NCBI GenBank assembly: GCA_937969265.1
Contig: CALBWF010000043.1
Coordinates: 830 to 64,829 of the forward strand
Direction of reading: 5' to 3'
From: an uncultured Porphyromonadaceae bacterium
GTDB lineage: Bacteria; Bacteroidota; Bacteroidia; Bacteroidales; Muribaculaceae
Length of the DNA stretch: 64,000 nucleotides
Shown here: in pieces, positions 60,310 through 64,000 of the stretch
Layout of the letters: each line of letters starts with the position of its first letter
Position numbering within the stretch: position 1 is the first letter of the stretch
Notes under the pieces: generated by a model
The model's database searches: none
Seen by the model: the letters and a program-made list of their open reading frames with translations, nothing else
Told to the model about the DNA's origin: nothing
Program-made: the position numbers and the translations under genes

Positions 60310-62592
60310 ATGAGAAAAGCGACATTATTCATCATTGCCTCCGGGCTCGCGCTAAGCGTCCAGGGGGCAAAGACCGACCTCGGGAGCCGCGCGATGCTGC
60401 GCGGCTGCCCGGTGCCGGCCGAGCTTTTGCCCGCTGGAGAGAGCCGCGCCGCGTCGCGTTCGCGGCAAGGGGAGCGCGTGCTCCGCGCCTTCGTGACCCT
60501 TTCGGAGGGAGCGGACGCCTCGGCGCTGGAGAGCGCCGGGGCCGCCGTCCGTTCCTGCCGCGGCACCATCGCGCTGGCAGAATTTCCCGAAAGCCTGTTG
60601 GAGGCGCTGGAAGCGCTTCCCGAAGTCGAGCGCGTGAGCCTCGAGCGTCCCCTGGCGCAGAAACTCAACCTGGCGCGGGCCGCGACGGGGATTGACAAAA
60701 TCCACGCCGGGACCGACCTCCCGCAGGCATACACCGGCAAGGGGGTAATCACGGGAATAGTCGACGGGGGATTCGACCCCAACCATATAAATTTCAAGAA
60801 CGCCGACGGCACCTCCCGCATCGGGCGCTTTACCTATTACCGGGCCACGCAGAGCGGCGACTACGTGGAGGAAATCCACGGCAGGGACTATATCCCCCAG
60901 ATTGACACAGAGAGCGACGAGACCTACCACGGAACCCATACTCTCGGCATCATGGCCGGCGGCTACCGCGGTCCCGTGACCGCCGCCGTCAGAACCGGCG
61001 AGACTTCCGGGGAGATAGTCGAGACGGAAAACCCTTATTACGGAATCGCGACCGACGCCGACATCGCGGTCGCCGGGGGCGCGCTGACCGACTACCATAT
61101 CGCGTTGGGGGTTGAAAGCATCCTGAATTACGCCTACGACGAGGGGAAGCCGGCAGTCGTGAACCTGTCGCTCGGCTCGAATGTCGGGCCACACGACGGT
61201 TCGAGCACGATTTGCCAGTATCTCGACCTGGCCTCGACGAACGACCATGTCGTTTTCTGCCTCTCCGCCGGAAACGAGGGTGAGCAGCCGATCGCGCTCC
61301 ACAAGCGGTTCGCCGACGGGGACCTGACGCTGCAAAGCTGCCTGCGGCCCGCGGTCGATGTCCCGAACCTCGCGAATGTGCGCTACGGCCACACGTATAT
61401 TTACAGTGACACCCCGGAACAGTTCGAGGTCCAGGCACTGGTTGTCAACCTCAAGCGCGGGGTGGCGGCGATGCGTATGCCGCTCCCTCCGACCGAGGGC
61501 GCGAGCAAGTACTGGGTTAGTTCGGCCGACTACCAGTCGGACGACGCGGACATAATCTCGCCGCAGCTCGCCCGCTATTTCGCCGGATATGTAGGGGTGG
61601 GGGCGGAGTTTGACTCCAACACAGGGCGTTATTACGCCGTGCTTGACTATATGGTATGGGACAACACGGAGACTAACGCCGATGGCAACTATATCCTCGG
61701 GTTCCAGGTTACGGGGAGCGCCGGACAGCGCGTCGACGTGTTCTGCGACGGGGTTTACAACGACCTCGACGACTACGGGCTGGCAGGATTCTCCAAGGGG
61801 ATGACCGACGGCACGGTTTCCGACGTCGCCTGCGGCAACAACTACGTTGTTGTCGGGAGCTACAACACGCGTCCCGACTGGCTGTCGCTCGACGGCTCCA
61901 TCTACGGCTACCCGCTCGAGATGCCGGTAGGGCAGATGTCGCGCTACACGAGCTACGGAGAGCTTTACGACGGACGCCAGCGCCCGACAGTGTGCGCTCC
62001 TGGAGCGGCGATCATATCCTCATCCAACGAATACTATCTTGACGCGTACATGGCGGGGGACGAAAGCCGCCAGGCATCCTTCAACGACGGCTCGCGCCGT
62101 TATTCCTGGCACCAGAGTGCCGGAACCTCTATGGCGACCCCGGTTGTCGCCGGCTCGATCGCTCTCTGGCTGGAGGCTGACCCGACCCTGCGCTACGACG
62201 ATGTCCTGGAGATCATCAAGGCTACCGCCGTCAGGGACAAAGACACGGAGACTTCCGGCAACCCGTTACAGTGGGGTGCCGGTAAATTCGATGCCTATGC
62301 CGGGCTGAAAGAGGTGCTCCGCCGCAAGGAGGCATCCCTGGGAAGCGTCGCGGCTGACCCCGACCGGCGGATGGTAGTGAAGGCCGAGGGTGACCGCCTG
62401 TTCCGCGTATGCTACGGGGGAACGGACGCTTTCTCAGCAAGTCTCTATTCCGCGTCGGGATGCCGGATGCTGACCGCCGCCGGGGCCTCCGGCGAGGCGG
62501 TGCTTGATGCCTCGTCGGTTCCTGCGGGATTCTATATTCTGGCAGTCGACGGCGCTCCCGCCGCCACGGCCACGCGACTGATAATAAAATAA
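60310..62592 (+). CDS. S8 family (subtilisin-like) serine peptidase with T9SS C-terminal sorting domain (760 aa)
   Basis: Catalytic triad contexts GIVDGGFD (Asp), HGTHTLGIMAG (His) and GTSMATPVVAGSIALW (Ser). CTD ending GFYILAVDGAPAATATRLIIK. Confidence 0.92.
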   Translation: MRKATLFIIASGLALSVQGAKTDLGSRAMLRGCPVPAELLPAGESRAASRSRQGERVLRAFVTLSEGADASALESAGAAVRSCRGTIALAEFPESLLEALEALPEVERVSLERPLAQKLNLARAATGIDKIHAGTDLPQAYTGKGVITGIVDGGFDPNHINFKNADGTSRIGRFTYYRATQSGDYVEEIHGRDYIPQIDTESDETYHGTHTLGIMAGGYRGPVTAAVRTGETSGEIVETENPYYGIATDADIAVAGGALTDYHIALGVESILNYAYDEGKPAVVNLSLGSNVGPHDGSSTICQYLDLASTNDHVVFCLSAGNEGEQPIALHKRFADGDLTLQSCLRPAVDVPNLANVRYGHTYIYSDTPEQFEVQALVVNLKRGVAAMRMPLPPTEGASKYWVSSADYQSDDADIISPQLARYFAGYVGVGAEFDSNTGRYYAVLDYMVWDNTETNADGNYILGFQVTGSAGQRVDVFCDGVYNDLDDYGLAGFSKGMTDGTVSDVACGNNYVVVGSYNTRPDWLSLDGSIYGYPLEMPVGQMSRYTSYGELYDGRQRPTVCAPGAAIISSSNEYYLDAYMAGDESRQASFNDGSRRYSWHQSAGTSMATPVVAGSIALWLEADPTLRYDDVLEIIKATAVRDKDTETSGNPLQWGAGKFDAYAGLKEVLRRKEASLGSVAADPDRRMVVKAEGDRLFRVCYGGTDAFSASLYSASGCRMLTAAGASGEAVLDASSVPAGFYILAVDGAPAATATRLIIK

Positions 62593-62614
62593 GTAACAGA
62601 AAGCAACTATATTT

Positions 62615-64000
62615 ATGAACAAGACGATACGCGGTTTCCTCGCCATGGCGCTCGCGGCGGCCGGGACGGCGCTCTCCGCTCCGGCGCAGACCCCGGCGGG
62701 AGAGCCGATTATTGAGTTCCAGACCACTCTGTACGAGGATATGGCGGCAGCCAACGCCTTCCATTTCGTAATCGGCGCGAAAGCCGATACCTATATAGAT
62801 GTAGACTGCGGCTACGGCTCGGTCGAAGTCGAGGTCGGGCCGGCAGTGTTCGACCCGGAGACCCAGGCTATTACGGGCACAACGGTTACCGGCTCGGTCA
62901 GCAGCGAGGGAAAAGTAAGGATTTACGGCGACGCGTCGCTGATTGACTATCTTGACCTCGAAGGGTGCTATATAACGGACATATCTTTCCCGGCCTTGAC
63001 CGAGGTCGCGATTCTAAATCTCAACCATAACCTGCTGAAACGCCTCGACCTCAGCCATATGGCGAACCTGGAGGCGCTGTATATCAGCGACAACCCATTC
63101 GGAGAGTCTCCGCTGGTTGTAGGCCCCGGGAAGCCTAAACTGACGATTATCGACATGAGCCTTCTCGGGGGTCTCGACGAGTCGTTCAATTTCAGCGACT
63201 ATCCGGCGCTGGTGTCGGCCCAGGTATGGAGCGTCCCGACGCTGCGGCGAGCCGACACGTCGAAATGCCCCGAGCTTATGCAGTTGTCGATTGACGCGAC
63301 GAATGTCGAGAGCGTCGACCTCAGCAAGAATCCCAAACTGCTCATCCTCAACGTGGGGGACACCCGCGTAAACAACCTCGACCTGAGCCATAACCCGTAT
63401 CTTACGGAACTATACTGCGGCCATAACGGGTCGATGAACAGCGGATACAAGTTCGAGACGCTTGATTTGTCGGCCAATACCGCCCTCCGGCGTCTAAACT
63501 GCGCCGGCAACGCCCTGACTCAGCTCGACATTTCGATGCTCCCGAACCTCACAGACCTTAGCTGCCAGCACAACAGGCTGACCTCCATTAACATCGACAG
63601 CAATCCGGCTCTCGTCAGCGTGGATATTTCCATGAACTATATGGATTTCGCCACCATTCCGGCCGTAAGGGAGACGTTCAGCGAGTATTTTTATTATCAG
63701 AACGCGATTAGTACCGCCCGGCAGCACGCGGTAGGGACTGAAATCGACCTGGCGGCGAAAGTGCTGCGTCCCGAAACCTCGACAGCGGCTGTGCTCTATT
63801 CCGTCAACCGCGAGCATCCTTCCGACGCGACGGTTGTAGAGGATGAGTATTACAGCTATGCCGACGGGAAAGTGACCTTCCTTAAAGCCTACCCCGACAG
63901 CGTTTATGTCGGTTTCAGCAATTCCGCTCTTCCCGACGCGCAGCTTGCGACGGAACTGTTTATGATCAAGGAACCGGCTGATATAGGGAAACCGTCGGTC
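62615..64000 (+). CDS. Leucine-rich-repeat protein, N-terminal 462 aa (3' end outside window, absent from the ORF track)
   Basis: Hand translation from the ATG at 62615 shows no stop up to the window edge. Signal peptide MNKTIRGFLAMALAAAGTALSAPAQ. Classical LRRs (LNLNHNLLKRLDLSHMANLEALYISDN, LDLSHNPYLTELYCGHN, LDISMLPNLTDLSCQHNRLTSINI). Confidence 0.8.
   Translation, partial: MNKTIRGFLAMALAAAGTALSAPAQTPAGEPIIEFQTTLYEDMAAANAFHFVIGAKADTYIDVDCGYGSVEVEVGPAVFDPETQAITGTTVTGSVSSEGKVRIYGDASLIDYLDLEGCYITDISFPALTEVAILNLNHNLLKRLDLSHMANLEALYISDNPFGESPLVVGPGKPKLTIIDMSLLGGLDESFNFSDYPALVSAQVWSVPTLRRADTSKCPELMQLSIDATNVESVDLSKNPKLLILNVGDTRVNNLDLSHNPYLTELYCGHNGSMNSGYKFETLDLSANTALRRLNCAGNALTQLDISMLPNLTDLSCQHNRLTSINIDSNPALVSVDISMNYMDFATIPAVRETFSEYFYYQNAISTARQHAVGTEIDLAAKVLRPETSTAAVLYSVNREHPSDATVVEDEYYSYADGKVTFLKAYPDSVYVGFSNSALPDAQLATELFMIKEPADIGKPSV

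Overview
GC-rich Bacteroidota chromosomal segment. The phylum call rests on TAnnTTTG promoter boxes, many T9SS-type C-terminal sorting domains, a serine palmitoyltransferase and the gene order. An Alistipes/Rikenellaceae-like origin is inference only. The left 12.4 kb is the conserved tuf / tRNA-Trp / secE / nusG / rplK-rplA-rplJ-rplL / rpoB-rpoC block. The rest mixes housekeeping genes with accessory surface or secreted proteins. Housekeeping genes: histone-H1-like protein, parE, coaD, two S41 peptidases, MATE and OPT transporters, ssb, tRNA-Gly, tRNA-Leu, spt, tamB, an LpxL-like acyltransferase, mtaB, serB, mltD, a DUF5683 protein, a 3'-5' exonuclease, tcdA, rsgA and a lipid kinase. Six ORFs end in a T9SS-type sorting domain: a YD-repeat protein, two BspA-type LRR proteins, a 1502-aa pectinesterase fusion, a 709-aa unknown and an S8 subtilase. 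A further LRR protein runs off the right edge and is missing from the ORF track. The most unusual content is non-coding or mobile-like. (1) Two diverged paralogs of an enlarged HUH/Y1 (IS200/RayT-like) protein each sit next to one member of a family of very long foldback palindromes. The arms are 44 and 36 bp, share the core GCTCGCTCCACCCGACA, and enclose 72-77 nt loops that are pyrimidine-rich on the gene strand. (2) A second family of structured repeats (called R1 and X here) flanks the 1275-aa LRR gene. It has iteron-like ACGGAT triplets, a 43-bp perfect inverted repeat and compensatory stem changes. (3) Degenerate heptad GTGAANN arrays lie just downstream of two genes. (4) A roughly 60-bp element is shared by two intergenic sites. 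(5) A promoter-to-terminator mini-transcript carries a 27-codon hydrophobic ORF. I saw no rRNA, CRISPR array, prophage or recognisable defence genes.
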